From: a virus
Lineage: Duplodnaviria; Caudoviricetes
Direction: 5' to 3' (one strand)
DNA: 38,805 bases
Virus record (IMG/VR): IMGVR_UViG_3300047565_000335
Span: 1 to 38,805 of that record
Made by a program: the position numbers and the translations under genes
In this document: one piece after another, positions 8,323 to 18,226 of the stretch
Numbering within the stretch: the stretch's first letter is position 1
Layout: every line of letters starts with the position of its first letter
The notes under the pieces: model-generated
The model's database searches: none
What the model saw: only the letters and a program-made list of their open reading frames with translations
Told to the model about the DNA's origin: nothing

Positions 8323-11300
8323 AGTGTTTGGGCGGTGGTACGGGCTACCGAACGACTACTTTTATAAAATTCATCCAGGCCGGAATCAGTAGCATTCTCA
8401 AACTTAATCTCCTGTATAAACTTCGGCTCCCGGCTTTCCACCACCTGCTGAAGCCGCTGAATGGCTCCCACCACCTCAGTATTCCCAGCACCGCCCAGGC
8501 CATTGGATAGCAAGGGTTGGGGAGTCGGCACATTTTGGATAGTTGGAGTACGGGTCTGGCTAACAGTCGGAGCATTAACGTTAATCCCTTGAGATGCCAG
8601 CTTGGCTCTTTCTAAATTATCCGCAAACTGTCTGGCTGACTCAGCGGCCTGAGCTTGGGCGATCGCACTTTCCTGTTGCACTTTCAGCGTTTCAGTTTGC
8701 AGCCTATTAATTTCAGCCTGCTGAATCTGCGCCGCTTTGGCCTGGTCTACCGTCACCCCGGCATATTTCACTTGCTCTTTAGCCAGGTCAATACCTTGCA
8801 GGGCATTAGCCTGATTGACTGAGGCCGTTTGTTTAGCCAGGTCTAATTTATTTTGGGCATCAGCTACCTGTCGATCGCGGTCTCTACCCGGTGCGGCTGC
8901 TCCGGCTTTGGCTTTTTCAGCTTCAGCCAGGCCGATCGCCCGTTGGTCATTCACCCGGGCTTGCTGTAAGTTACTCTGGGCATCCAGCAAGGCTTGCTTG
9001 GCCTTTAGTTCGCCGATACGGGCTTCAATGATGGCGCGTTGGTTGGCTAGGTCGTTTTTCTGTTGGTCAAGGGTTAGCTGAATGCGAGCTTGCTCCTGTT
9101 CAAACAGCAAGGCCGCTTGTTTACGGCTGGCGTTGTCTTGGTCAATTTGCTGCTGTTTAGCGGTCAGGTCGCCGATGGTCAGGCGGCTGCTGCCGACTAG
9201 TTGATTGAGGCGTTCTTGAATGGCAATGCGTTCGCGATCGGACAGGTTTCCGGCTTGCAGCTGCTTGGTCAGCTCGATCGCACTTTTCACCTTCTCGGCT
9301 TCTAAGTTACCACCAATATCACCCGCACTCTGCACCGCTTTGGCCAGGTTAATTTGGGCTTGATAGAAACTGTTTTGAATTTCTAAGGACTTGGTAACGC
9401 GGTCGATCGCTTTCTGGTTTGATTCAAATCCGGCTTCAGTGGCCTTGGTGGCTCGTTGCTGGTTGCCCGAGATGGTGCTGATATTGGCCAGCTGCCGATC
9501 GGTTGCCCGGTTGCGCGCTGCTTGCTGTTCCTCGATCGCTTTAATGGCTTGGGTGCGGTTAAAGGCAATCTGCTGACCTTCCACCTCCAGCTGCTTGAGG
9601 GTGGCTTGGGCGGTAGTTAGCCGCGCTGCTCGGACTTCTGACTGGTAGGCTCTTTCGGCTTCCGGGCTGCGGGTAATATTGGCCAGCTGCGCCAACTTCG
9701 CTTCATTGCCCTTGGCCGCTGCTAGCTGGGCGGCGGCGGATTGTTTTTGACTGGTGAGTTTGGCTTGTTCGGTTTGTTCTAGGGTACTTAATTGGCGGTT
9801 GGCAGCAGCTTGAGCGAGGGCGGCTCTTTTTACTTCCGATTGCTGGATGACCTGGTTAGCAATGGTTTGGGCACGTTTGATGATTTCTAACTGGGCATTG
9901 TAGAACCCATCAAGGGCGGCGATGCGCTTGGCATCCAGTTCGTTAATCCGGGCATTAATGGCGTTCCGGCCTTCAAAATCAGCGGCTCCCAGTCTAGCTA
10001 GTTTCTGCTGCTGGATGACGATTTCAGCGGCGGTGCTGGCAATCTCGTTTTCAGCCTTGGCCGTGGCAAAGGTGTCTTCGGTAATCAGCCGTTTTTTGTA
10101 GGCAATCTCGATCGCCGTTTGCTGCTGTTGGTAGTACTGGTTGGAAAGCTGAATCGCCGCTTCAAAGTAGGTTTTTTGGGCTTGTTCCTTCTTACTCTCG
10201 ATCGCCGCAATCTTAGCCGCGATCGCTTCACGGCCTTCAGTATCAGTTTTAGCCAGTTTGCCCAAATTCTCTTGGAGCTGGCCAATTTCCAGGTCGGCTT
10301 GCTGGGCATCGTTGATTAGGATTTGGGCGTTAGAGGTGGCTTGGTCTACCTTACCTAAGTCCCGCTGGGCTTTCAGGAGAGTGCGGCGTTCATCAAAGTC
10401 TTCTACCAAGCGCTTCTTCACCCGATCGGCATATTCGGCCTGTTGCTTTTCTTGGTCAGCAAAACTCTTGGCCAGGTCAGCAGTAATTTTCTGGCGCTCG
10501 GTGTCGTTGGTGGCGTTTTGCAGTTGTACTTGCAAAGCTTCTTGGGCTTTGGCCGATTCTTTGAGCTTCAGGGTAGTGGACTCTCGATCGGCTACGGCTT
10601 CCCCAATTCTGGCCTGGGCTTTAGCGGCGGTTATCTTGGCCTCTCCGGCCACAATCTCAGCGGTTTCGGCAGCAATTTGCTCTTTTCTAATGCCGACAAT
10701 TTGCTGGGCGGCTTTTCTGCGGGTAGATAGTTCCAGCCCCGCGTCATCTCGAATCTTAGCCAGCTCATCTAGTCCCGTCCCGGCCTGGGTTTGGCCGATT
10801 TCGATTAGTTCTTTAATCTTAGATATCCGGCCATCATAGAGGCTGTCGATTTCCTTTTTAGCAGCGGTCTGGGATTCAACATCGGCCTTGGTGTTGTTTT
10901 TGATGGCTTCGAGCTGGGCACGGGCAGTTTCTACCGTGATGTCTTTGGCATCTACCCGAGACTTGGCCAAAGATATTTGGTCTTTGATGGCCTTTTGGTA
11001 GTCTTGGCTTTGGCCATCGGCATCGCTTTTGATTTTTCTGGCCAGGTCGGCTTCTTTTTTGGCAAATTGTTCTTTGGTGGTGCCCAGTACTTCCACGGCC
11101 TTGCCTTCCAAGACCAAGCCGCCAGTCACTTCTTGCAGCTTCTTGGCCTGGGCTTCTAGGATTTTTACCTGGTCATCACGGTTGCTGGCTTGCTGGCCAG
11201 TGAGTCCAGTTACTTCCTTGAGGGTTTTAACCTGGGATTCGATCGCCTCTAGCTGAATCTTGGCCGAAGCAGTCAGCTGCTTTTCTCTGGCCAGTTGTTC

Positions 11301-12809
11301 GGCGGTGAGCTGTCCACCACTGGCTCTGATGGCATTGAGTTTTTTCATTTCACTGCTCAAGCCACCGACAGCAGTGATGGTATCTAGTACTTGGTTACTG
11401 TAAGTTTCTAGAGTGTCGTTTACATCTGCTGCCTTGCGCTCGTTAATCAGCTCAGCGACTTTGGCATAGCCATCTAGAGCTAAGCCGATCGTATCCAAGA
11501 CTGGTTTAAATAACAGTTGCAAAGCTTGAGCCGTCAGCACCGAGCCATCTATCAGGGCATTAAACAAAGTGCCGCCGATTGTGGCGAGGTCACCCACCGC
11601 ATTTTCTAGGAACTGGAAAGTAGGGGCAAAGTTCTTCAGCCCGTCGATCGCCCGCGCCCCGCCTTCGGTAAAGATTTTGAAAAAGGCTGTGATGTTGCCT
11701 TCATTGGCTTTTAAGTATTTTTCTACATTGGCCAATTGGTTAATAATCGGAGCTAGCAAGGGTGTTCCAGCTTCCCGGCCAATGCGTTCGATTAAATCTT
11801 GAATATTGGAGCTGATGCCCTCGATCGAACGCGCCGCGATCGCATTCCCTGCTACATAAGTATTCAGCCGCCCATTTAGTTCATCAACTAAACGACCTTG
11901 CGATCGCCAGGTTTCCACCTGCTGGTTGGTGATGTTCAGATTCTTGGCCAGAATACTATCTTGGGTGATTTGGCCTTTGATGATGGAGTTGATTTCTTGT
12001 CTGGCTTGGTTTAGGGGGATGCCCACCACCTTGAGGGATGCTGCCCAGCCCTTGGTGAGAGAAGTAGCCGCTCCGATCGCATCTGGGAATTGTTTACTTT
12101 GGTTGTTCAGCGCTCCGGCGTTGGTGAGGGTGATTTGAAACAGCTCGTTAACCTGAGAGCTGGTCACGCCCACCAAGCTTTGGGTGTCGATTTCAATCTG
12201 CTTTAAGGCTTGGCGCAGGGTGGCTTCACTGGCCTTAATCTTGGCCGTGGGGTCAGTAACTTCTTGGCCACCAACTTTGATGTTAGCGGCGTTGGCTAAG
12301 TTGGTTTGACTGCTCAGTAGTTGGGCGTTTAGTTTCTCATTCGAGCCAATCAGCAGGTCATAGGCTGGCCGAGCAGCAGCAATTACATTTTGCAGGGCAC
12401 CAACGACATTGTTAAACCTAAAAGCCAACTCCGCAGCCCCAGCGGCGGCGCTGCCGAGGCTGGTTTTCTGCTTACCAGCGGCTTTGTCTAAGGCTCCAAA
12501 CTGTTCAGCGCTGATTTTTAGCTGACTGGCCACGGTGGCGAATTTAGTATTGCTATCGGCTCCCACGCCATTCAGTTGCCGCAGAGAGGCGATCGCCCCA
12601 GCAGCTTGGTCAGCGGTTAGCCCCAGGCCATCCGCAAACTTCTTGGCCTCGGCGTAACTGCCACCTAGGGTTTGAGCGAGCCTACTAATTCCCGGTGCTT
12701 CAGCGGCGGTTTTCTCAATCTGTTGCTGAACAGCGGCCAACTGGGCGATCGTCTTGGTATCGCCTTCAGCTCCAATAATTAGTTTTAGTGCTAAATTTTC
12801 CCCAGCCAC
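8319..12809 (-). CDS. Tape measure protein
   Basis: 1496 aa, Ala/Gln/Leu-rich helical; follows the tail tube and chaperone genes. Confidence 0.9.
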   Translation of the reverse strand: MAGENLALKLIIGAEGDTKTIAQLAAVQQQIEKTAAEAPGISRLAQTLGGSYAEAKKFADGLGLTADQAAGAIASLRQLNGVGADSNTKFATVASQLKISAEQFGALDKAAGKQKTSLGSAAAGAAELAFRFNNVVGALQNVIAAARPAYDLLIGSNEKLNAQLLSSQTNLANAANIKVGGQEVTDPTAKIKASEATLRQALKQIEIDTQSLVGVTSSQVNELFQITLTNAGALNNQSKQFPDAIGAATSLTKGWAASLKVVGIPLNQARQEINSIIKGQITQDSILAKNLNITNQQVETWRSQGRLVDELNGRLNTYVAGNAIAARSIEGISSNIQDLIERIGREAGTPLLAPIINQLANVEKYLKANEGNITAFFKIFTEGGARAIDGLKNFAPTFQFLENAVGDLATIGGTLFNALIDGSVLTAQALQLLFKPVLDTIGLALDGYAKVAELINERKAADVNDTLETYSNQVLDTITAVGGLSSEMKKLNAIRASGGQLTAEQLAREKQLTASAKIQLEAIESQVKTLKEVTGLTGQQASNRDDQVKILEAQAKKLQEVTGGLVLEGKAVEVLGTTKEQFAKKEADLARKIKSDADGQSQDYQKAIKDQISLAKSRVDAKDITVETARAQLEAIKNNTKADVESQTAAKKEIDSLYDGRISKIKELIEIGQTQAGTGLDELAKIRDDAGLELSTRRKAAQQIVGIRKEQIAAETAEIVAGEAKITAAKAQARIGEAVADRESTTLKLKESAKAQEALQVQLQNATNDTERQKITADLAKSFADQEKQQAEYADRVKKRLVEDFDERRTLLKAQRDLGKVDQATSNAQILINDAQQADLEIGQLQENLGKLAKTDTEGREAIAAKIAAIESKKEQAQKTYFEAAIQLSNQYYQQQQTAIEIAYKKRLITEDTFATAKAENEIASTAAEIVIQQQKLARLGAADFEGRNAINARINELDAKRIAALDGFYNAQLEIIKRAQTIANQVIQQSEVKRAALAQAAANRQLSTLEQTEQAKLTSQKQSAAAQLAAAKGNEAKLAQLANITRSPEAERAYQSEVRAARLTTAQATLKQLEVEGQQIAFNRTQAIKAIEEQQAARNRATDRQLANISTISGNQQRATKATEAGFESNQKAIDRVTKSLEIQNSFYQAQINLAKAVQSAGDIGGNLEAEKVKSAIELTKQLQAGNLSDRERIAIQERLNQLVGSSRLTIGDLTAKQQQIDQDNASRKQAALLFEQEQARIQLTLDQQKNDLANQRAIIEARIGELKAKQALLDAQSNLQQARVNDQRAIGLAEAEKAKAGAAAPGRDRDRQVADAQNKLDLAKQTASVNQANALQGIDLAKEQVKYAGVTVDQAKAAQIQQAEINRLQTETLKVQQESAIAQAQAAESARQFADNLERAKLASQGINVNAPTVSQTRTPTIQNVPTPQPLLSNGLGGAGNTEVVGAIQRLQQVVESREPKFIQEIKFENATDSGLDEFYKSSRSVARTTAQTL

Positions 12810-13397
12810 TTAATCAGGCTCCCGCAGTGCTGCCATTACATTCAGACTCTTTTTCAATTCCTTCAGCTGCTTGGCCTTAGTGGCGGCTTCTTTTTCTTCT
12901 GGGGTTTTGGCCAGTTCGGCTTTGGCTTGGTTAATGCCGATCGCCATCTGGGCGGGTAATTCGGTGGCGGCGGCGATCGCTTGCTCTAGGTCTTCACCCA
13001 AACAGGCAATTACTTCGGCCAGGGATTGGGGTTCACCTGTTGATTGTGCTTCTGTGGGTGGTGGTGAGTTCAGCCGTACTAACCAACCCGCTTGTATTTG
13101 GCCGTCATCGTCCAAACTGCTAAATAATAATTTCTCAATCTGGTTGGGCGTGAACCAATCGGGGTCGAGAGAGTTTAGGCTTAGTACCTGGTTAATGTTG
13201 TGGGCAAATTCTGGGCTACTAGCGTAGATACCATCCCAGTTGGTCTGGTTTTCAGCATTGGCCAGGATGATTTCATTTAGCCGCTGAATGCGCTGGCCAA
13301 ATTCTTGCCGACCCACGATCGAGCATCCGGCAGTTTTCCGCACCATGCCCGATCGGTCTAAGATTTCAGCCAGCGTTCCCAGTTCCAGCCAGCGCAT
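12810..13397 (-). CDS. Putative tail assembly chaperone
   Basis: Position between tail tube and tape measure. Confidence 0.55.
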   Translation of the reverse strand: MRWLELGTLAEILDRSGMVRKTAGCSIVGRQEFGQRIQRLNEIILANAENQTNWDGIYASSPEFAHNINQVLSLNSLDPDWFTPNQIEKLLFSSLDDDGQIQAGWLVRLNSPPPTEAQSTGEPQSLAEVIACLGEDLEQAIAAATELPAQMAIGINQAKAELAKTPEEKEAATKAKQLKELKKSLNVMAALREPD

Positions 13398-14185
13398 TAG
13401 TGCAGTTTCCGCATGATGAAAGGTAGGCCAGTAGATTGCTCGGTCTGGATGAGGCGGTATTCCAAATCCAGGCTGGTTTGAGAGCCAGACATCGACAAGC
13501 TGGGTACCGATACTAAGCTCATTTCCGGGATGATTACCTTACTGTGTTCGGTGCCGCCGTTGCCATAGCCGATCGCACTAAAAGCCACATTGCTAAGTCT
13601 GCGGAAAATCGCTTCTTTACCAATCGTTTCGGCCAGAGCAATGATTTTAACCACCTGGTAGGCCACCACCTTGCCAGCTTCACTGGGGTTAAAAATTAGT
13701 TTGTTAGCCGTGCGGTCAATCTTAAACTGCTTGGAGGTCAAAGCCGTGTTCAGAGTGGCTGGAGCGGCTTCGGCGTAGCTGAAATCATCACTGGGAGAAG
13801 CAGCCTGTACCGGAACTAAGTAAGCGGGTGGCCCCACTGTGGCCAACACATCCGCATCTAGGATTTCACCAGCAGCGTTAATCCGGGCTTGTTTAACCGT
13901 CGGGTCTTTGAAGTCGATCGAGGTGGCGGCACTCATCCCAAAGGCAATCTGCAAAGTCCGCCAGCTCACAGCTTCTATTTTGACTTTTGCCTTAAAGTTT
14001 TGTTCATTCAAGGCTGCACCCGTAATAGTGGTGACACCACCGCGCTGGGCTTTAGCGACCACCTCATTTGATTCGCCTTCGATCGCAAACTCCAGCGGCT
14101 CAGTAAAGAGCATCTGCACATCCGGATTGCCGTCATTGGTGATAAAGCCGAACTGACCAGCCCCATAAAAAATACCCTTAGCCAT
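13397..14185 (-). CDS. Major tail tube protein
   Basis: 262 aa, beta-rich, N-terminal FYGAGQ; follows the gp37-like terminator. Confidence 0.7.
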   Translation of the reverse strand: MAKGIFYGAGQFGFITNDGNPDVQMLFTEPLEFAIEGESNEVVAKAQRGGVTTITGAALNEQNFKAKVKIEAVSWRTLQIAFGMSAATSIDFKDPTVKQARINAAGEILDADVLATVGPPAYLVPVQAASPSDDFSYAEAAPATLNTALTSKQFKIDRTANKLIFNPSEAGKVVAYQVVKIIALAETIGKEAIFRRLSNVAFSAIGYGNGGTEHSKVIIPEMSLVSVPSLSMSGSQTSLDLEYRLIQTEQSTGLPFIMRKLH

Positions 14186-14636
14186 AATGGTTAGCCTCTA
14201 GAATCGTTGTGTAGTGTGAGTTGATTTGATAAATGGACTGGTACAGCCATAGTCCTTCAGCAAACTGCACTGGGGCGGTGTTGCTGTGGTACAGACCAGC
14301 GGAACTGTCGGCGCTGCCGGAGCCTAAGCCGGAGATGCCATTTCTGATGGCAGTAATTAAGCCCAGATGTTCACCGCCATAAGCCAGGTCAAAGACCCGC
14401 AGGGTTAGGGCAAAGCGCCAGATTTCCGGTTGGTGGTAGGTTCTGCGCCCCACCATGCCGCCGGGTGGGGCATCTGAACTAATACTGTCCAGGGCTACCC
14501 AGATTTGGTTTTCCACTACGGGTGAACCAATAATCTCTGGGTCGATCGGCATCTTCTCAATCACAAAATCTGGCAGAGCTGCCATCAGCCTGTCAATAAT
14601 TTGGCCAGTGAGTTGGTCGATCGTCAGTTGAGACAT
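14178..14636 (-). CDS. Tail terminator, Mu gp37-like
   Basis: I.DRL.AALP...E..P...; C-terminal GLWLYQ..Y; follows gp36. Confidence 0.7.
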   Translation of the reverse strand: MSQLTIDQLTGQIIDRLMAALPDFVIEKMPIDPEIIGSPVVENQIWVALDSISSDAPPGGMVGRRTYHQPEIWRFALTLRVFDLAYGGEHLGLITAIRNGISGLGSGSADSSAGLYHSNTAPVQFAEGLWLYQSIYQINSHYTTILEANHYG

Positions 14637-15076
14637 CAGTAACCTGTTAAGTCGATACCTTCAGCTTTGCAGCCTCTGGCTTTAGCGCGTACCCCAGTGG
14701 TCGAACCAGCTAGGTCGGGTTGTTGGGGTAGTCCGGGCTGACCAAATTGGATTTTGCCCTGTGCCACCGCCTTCAGCCAGTCGTAAGTGCGATCGCAATC
14801 CGCCTGGCATTTTTCCCGAATACTTACGTTGTCCAGTTCACAGCGCATCAGCCGGATACAGTGCAAGCGCAGTGGCTCCAGGGCTTGGGGAATAGCGATC
14901 GGGATTTGGTAGCGTCCCATCAGGTAGCTATCAATTAGGCCGCTGGCGGCTTCGGCGGCAATGGTTAGGCGGTCAGTGTCGGGGGTTAGGGTTGTGGGGG
15001 CATTCCGGTTAGAGAGCTGCGCCGCTTCCTTAACGCCCACCACATTAATAAAATCTTGAGGTGTTGCGTAGGCCAC
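14636..15076 (-). CDS. Head-tail adaptor, Mu gp36/DUF1320-like
   Basis: MAYAT..D...ASGLIDSYL.GRY.IP...WLK.VA.GKI. Confidence 0.9.
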   Translation of the reverse strand: MAYATPQDFINVVGVKEAAQLSNRNAPTTLTPDTDRLTIAAEAASGLIDSYLMGRYQIPIAIPQALEPLRLHCIRLMRCELDNVSIREKCQADCDRTYDWLKAVAQGKIQFGQPGLPQQPDLAGSTTGVRAKARGCKAEGIDLTGY

Positions 15077-15078
15077 GG

Positions 15079-15441
15079 TTATGCCCTCCGGCCTCTGATT
15101 TCATCGCCCTTCACCATCCGGCGGGTTTTTAGTTCATCGGCGCTGGTGGCTTGGGTGTTGATGTCGATTTCACCGTTGGGTAAAGAGGTCACCCGGTGTT
15201 CTTCATCTTTGCCCCGTGCCCGGACTGTATCGCCGTTGTACTCTTGCCCGATCGCAAATAACAGCTGTTTACCAGGTTCGATTAAGTTCCCGCTGCTGTC
15301 ACAGTGCGCCACCAGGCCAAACATCACCCATTGGTCACCCATATCCGCCATTAGGGCATGATGGGAGCCTAGCGGGAGGCCGCAGGATGCATCTAAGACC
15401 TGGTAATAAGCGTGGGTGGCCAGTTGGTTGGTGGTTTGCAT
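15079..15441 (-). CDS. Hypothetical protein in head-neck region
   Basis: 120 aa, coupled in operon. Confidence 0.6.
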   Translation of the reverse strand: MQTTNQLATHAYYQVLDASCGLPLGSHHALMADMGDQWVMFGLVAHCDSSGNLIEPGKQLLFAIGQEYNGDTVRARGKDEEHRVTSLPNGEIDINTQATSADELKTRRMVKGDEIRGRRA

Positions 15442-15692
15442 TAGGTGGCGGGTTCAGAGGGCGGTGTTTTAGCGGCTGTGGTGGTTTTAGCGGCTGTGGT
15501 GGCTGTGGTGGTTTTAGCGGCTGGTTCTGGTTCGGGGGGTGCTGGTTCTGGTTCGGGGGGTGCTGGTTCAGGGTCAGAGCCTATTTCTTCTACCAATCCC
15601 CAGCCAATGTACTGTCTGGCTGTGCCATCATCTAGCACTAGCTCAGTACCGATCGGGAGTCCTAAATCTTCAGTTATGGTGCGGACTTGCAT
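15441..15692 (-). CDS. Small protein after the major capsid gene with a low-complexity Pro/Glu and Ala/Thr/Lys tail
   Basis: G..L.LDD..A..YI..GLVE head followed by PEPAP and AAKTTT repeats, typical of genes just after capsid genes. Confidence 0.65.
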   Translation of the reverse strand: MQVRTITEDLGLPIGTELVLDDGTARQYIGWGLVEEIGSDPEPAPPEPEPAPPEPEPAAKTTTATTAAKTTTAAKTPPSEPAT

Positions 15693-15729
15693 AATTTATT
15701 TCCAGTAGGTGAACAGTAACAAAATCAAA

Positions 15730-16767
15730 TTAACCAGCTAAAGAACTGACATTACTAAACAGATACATAGCTGTAGCCTGAGTGATTACCGCAGTCCGAT
15801 TTGACACGGCTGGGTAATAGTAAGAACGGGTCATTTCGTCGTAATAGACAGGTTCAAACACCTTGATTTCGTCCCTAATTCCAAAGGTGTAAAGACAACT
15901 AGCTTGCCCCATATCCGCTTCGGGGTGGCCGTTAAAGCCGTTGGTCTCGCCATAGCTTTGCTCAGCGTCCAACATGCTGGACTTGTCGCCGAACTCGGCC
16001 ACGTAACCCATCCAAAACATATTGGAATACATCTTTAAGCGCGGGTCAGTCAGCGGCGCACCTTCGGGGCGATAAGCGGCATTCCCCACCATCAATTTGC
16101 CCAGGCCGTAAGCCTCAGCGATCGCCTTTTCACTAGCGAAAAAGTTGTTGGTGCTGTTGGCATTGTTGGTGAAACGGTTACGGGTTTCGGGGTGCCGTTG
16201 CAGTGCCTTAAAAGCATTCAAAGAGCAGACCGTGATGTTTGGATAGAAACCCGTTTTATCAAAGATGGCGGTTCTGGCGATGTCAATATCTAGGGATGGG
16301 GTGGAAGTAGTACCCGCGCTCCACTGGGTACCTGCCAGCAAAGTGGTCTTGTTACCAACCGGAAAGTTCGCTGGGTTAGAAATTAGCTGACTAACCCGAA
16401 ACTCCCGATCAAGGTCTAAGGCATAGTTGGTTTTGCGGGTGGCCTGTTGGTCGAGCGCCACGCCCGTTACACCCACTGCTCTAAGCGCTTCTTTGACCAG
16501 CTTGTAGGCGATCGCTTGCTCGGTGATGGTGGCAAATTCGGTACTAAAGTCCCAGGAGAAATGTTTGATGCGTTCACCAAAAGCCCGATCGACATTGAAC
16601 AGCGTCAAGGCTGAATCATCAAAGCGCGGGTACTTGAAAACGTATTGGTCGGAGGGGACGATCGGGGCATAGTTATCAGCGATTAAGCTGCCGTTGCCCA
16701 GCCGCATAGCGAAATTGTTCAGCACGTAGTCGAACTTAGTGTCCGCTGCGTTCATGGGGATGCCCAT
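15730..16767 (-). CDS. Major capsid protein
   Basis: 345 aa after protease and decoration genes; IAD..AP.V, E.RV..L, W....S.P..DI, G..PN, F.AL..HP pattern. Confidence 0.85.
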   Translation of the reverse strand: MGIPMNAADTKFDYVLNNFAMRLGNGSLIADNYAPIVPSDQYVFKYPRFDDSALTLFNVDRAFGERIKHFSWDFSTEFATITEQAIAYKLVKEALRAVGVTGVALDQQATRKTNYALDLDREFRVSQLISNPANFPVGNKTTLLAGTQWSAGTTSTPSLDIDIARTAIFDKTGFYPNITVCSLNAFKALQRHPETRNRFTNNANSTNNFFASEKAIAEAYGLGKLMVGNAAYRPEGAPLTDPRLKMYSNMFWMGYVAEFGDKSSMLDAEQSYGETNGFNGHPEADMGQASCLYTFGIRDEIKVFEPVYYDEMTRSYYYPAVSNRTAVITQATAMYLFSNVSSLAG

Positions 16768-16814
16768 ATTTTTTTCCTTTAGTAATCGATTTTTTGGGGT
16801 CGGAGAGCGGAAGC

Positions 16815-17222
16815 TTACAGGGTGCCTTCGTTATGTACCAGAGCCAATACATAGGTATTAGGTAGCGCCACTGCTTGGGCACGAGCGTAAACCTTTTGTC
16901 CGGCGGCGGCTGTTGTCCAGCGGTTAGTAGCGTCCAGGGTTAAGGGTGTCCCCTTGTTTGTTCCAGCAGCGGTACCCAATAGCACTTCTACCAAGCCCCG
17001 GTTACAGGCTGGTACCCGTACTTTTTTGATAGCTCCGGTGGTGTTGGCCAGTTGGCTTTCTACGAGTACCCCAAAAAATCCCCCGGCTGGCGCGGTGTTT
17101 ACGTTTGGGTCAGCGACGTTGTTAGCAATCCCAATTCCACGCGGCAAGGCAGCGGCTCCGATCGGCAGCTGAATATCAATTCCGTGGACTTCCATTTCAC
17201 TGGCTGGCAGCGATACAGGCAT
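16815..17222 (-). CDS. Head decoration/cement protein (DUF2190-like)
   Basis: 135 aa, Ala/Gly-rich, between scaffold and capsid genes. Confidence 0.7.
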   Translation of the reverse strand: MPVSLPASEMEVHGIDIQLPIGAAALPRGIGIANNVADPNVNTAPAGGFFGVLVESQLANTTGAIKKVRVPACNRGLVEVLLGTAAGTNKGTPLTLDATNRWTTAAAGQKVYARAQAVALPNTYVLALVHNEGTL

Positions 17223-17266
17223 AATCTCAATTCCCCTTTAGTGATTTTGTTCTAATTGCTGGCACT

Positions 17267-18178
17267 TTAAGCAGCGCAGGCTTTCATAGCAGCGGCATAA
17301 CCAACGCTATTTTTCACCATGTAGGCTTTGATTTTTTTGTCCATGGCCATAGACTCGTCTTCGCCTTCATCACCGTCGCCATCATCAGCCATGGCAAATT
17401 CAGCTTGGGGGTCTTCGCCCAAGGGCACCACCTTTTTAGCGATCGCCTGGGCTAAGAAAGCCACGGCAGCATTGCCACCGCTCTTGGGCTGGGCAAATTC
17501 AGCACTGAAGCTATCAATGGGTACCAGGGCAAGCTTGGTAAATACATCCACCAGGCCAGCTTGGTCAGCGGGAGCGATCGCGCCTTTGGCTACCAAATTC
17601 GAGACGATTGGGAGTACCTGTTTACTGGCCTCAAACTGGGCTTCTCTAGCCGCAAACTCAGCTTCCTTAGCCTTAATTGCCTCTTCTCTGGCTCTCAATT
17701 CTTCTTCGTCCATGCTGGTACCTGTAATTTGGATAAATGAAACTTTTTCGCCTTGGCTGAATTGAGCAGTAGGCAATTTTTCTAAGGCCACCTGGTCGCT
17801 GCCAAAAAAGAAACCGACGTGATCGAATTCGATCCCATCAGTGCTGTTGGCTTTGTTGCCAGGTAAGCGAATCTTGGCGGAGATTTTGGGCTTGGTTTTG
17901 TTTACCAAACTTCGGAACCCGGCCTTAACTCCTTCGTAAGCAGCAGCCGCCACCCGTCCAGATGAGTCGATCGCTAGTTTGGTGACGTGGCCATAGTGTT
18001 CTTCATTGCTGGCAGGGTGGCCAATCACCAGCGGAATCTTGTGGCCAGATTCGTTAAAGTGCGCCACCGTCGCCACCAATTGGGCGCGGCTCACCGGAAC
18101 AACCTGCTGATGATAATCAACATGTCGCCCTGGGTAAAAAATCTGGATGGGTTTTAAGCCGTTCACTGGTTCAATCAC
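17267..18178 (-). CDS. Prohead protease/scaffold (Mu gpI-like); possible internal scaffold start at ATG 17713
   Basis: IQIFYPG.H, PLVIGHP, KISA and HVGFF motifs; coiled-coil acidic C-terminal half ending Y..KN.VGYAAA. Confidence 0.85.
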   Translation of the reverse strand: MIEPVNGLKPIQIFYPGRHVDYHQQVVPVSRAQLVATVAHFNESGHKIPLVIGHPASNEEHYGHVTKLAIDSSGRVAAAAYEGVKAGFRSLVNKTKPKISAKIRLPGNKANSTDGIEFDHVGFFFGSDQVALEKLPTAQFSQGEKVSFIQITGTSMDEEELRAREEAIKAKEAEFAAREAQFEASKQVLPIVSNLVAKGAIAPADQAGLVDVFTKLALVPIDSFSAEFAQPKSGGNAAVAFLAQAIAKKVVPLGEDPQAEFAMADDGDGDEGEDESMAMDKKIKAYMVKNSVGYAAAMKACAA

Positions 18179-18188
18179 AAGACATAAC

Positions 18189-18226
18189 TGTAATGATAAT
18201 CCGAAACGAGAATGAGAATCGTTACT
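18189..18226. promoter_or_regulatory. Tandem Fur-box-like sites upstream of the protease-capsid genes
   Basis: TGTAATGATAATCCGAAAC (13/19) and GAGAATGAGAATCGTTACT (14/19) against GATAATGATAATCATTATC, back to back. Confidence 0.4.

Noticed and set aside
8328-12138. Many short + strand and alternative-frame ORFs over the tape measure, and similar shadows over other genes
   Set aside because: Antisense shadows of Ala/Gln-rich coding sequence with no motifs
12810-15076. Contractile tail, tailocin or gene transfer agent
   Set aside because: No sheath or baseplate wedge genes; replication and integration genes are present, so a full siphovirus-like phage fits better
15466-15570. Short tandem repeats as a contingency locus
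   Set aside because: In-frame low-complexity PEPAP/AAKTTT linker, common in small post-capsid proteins
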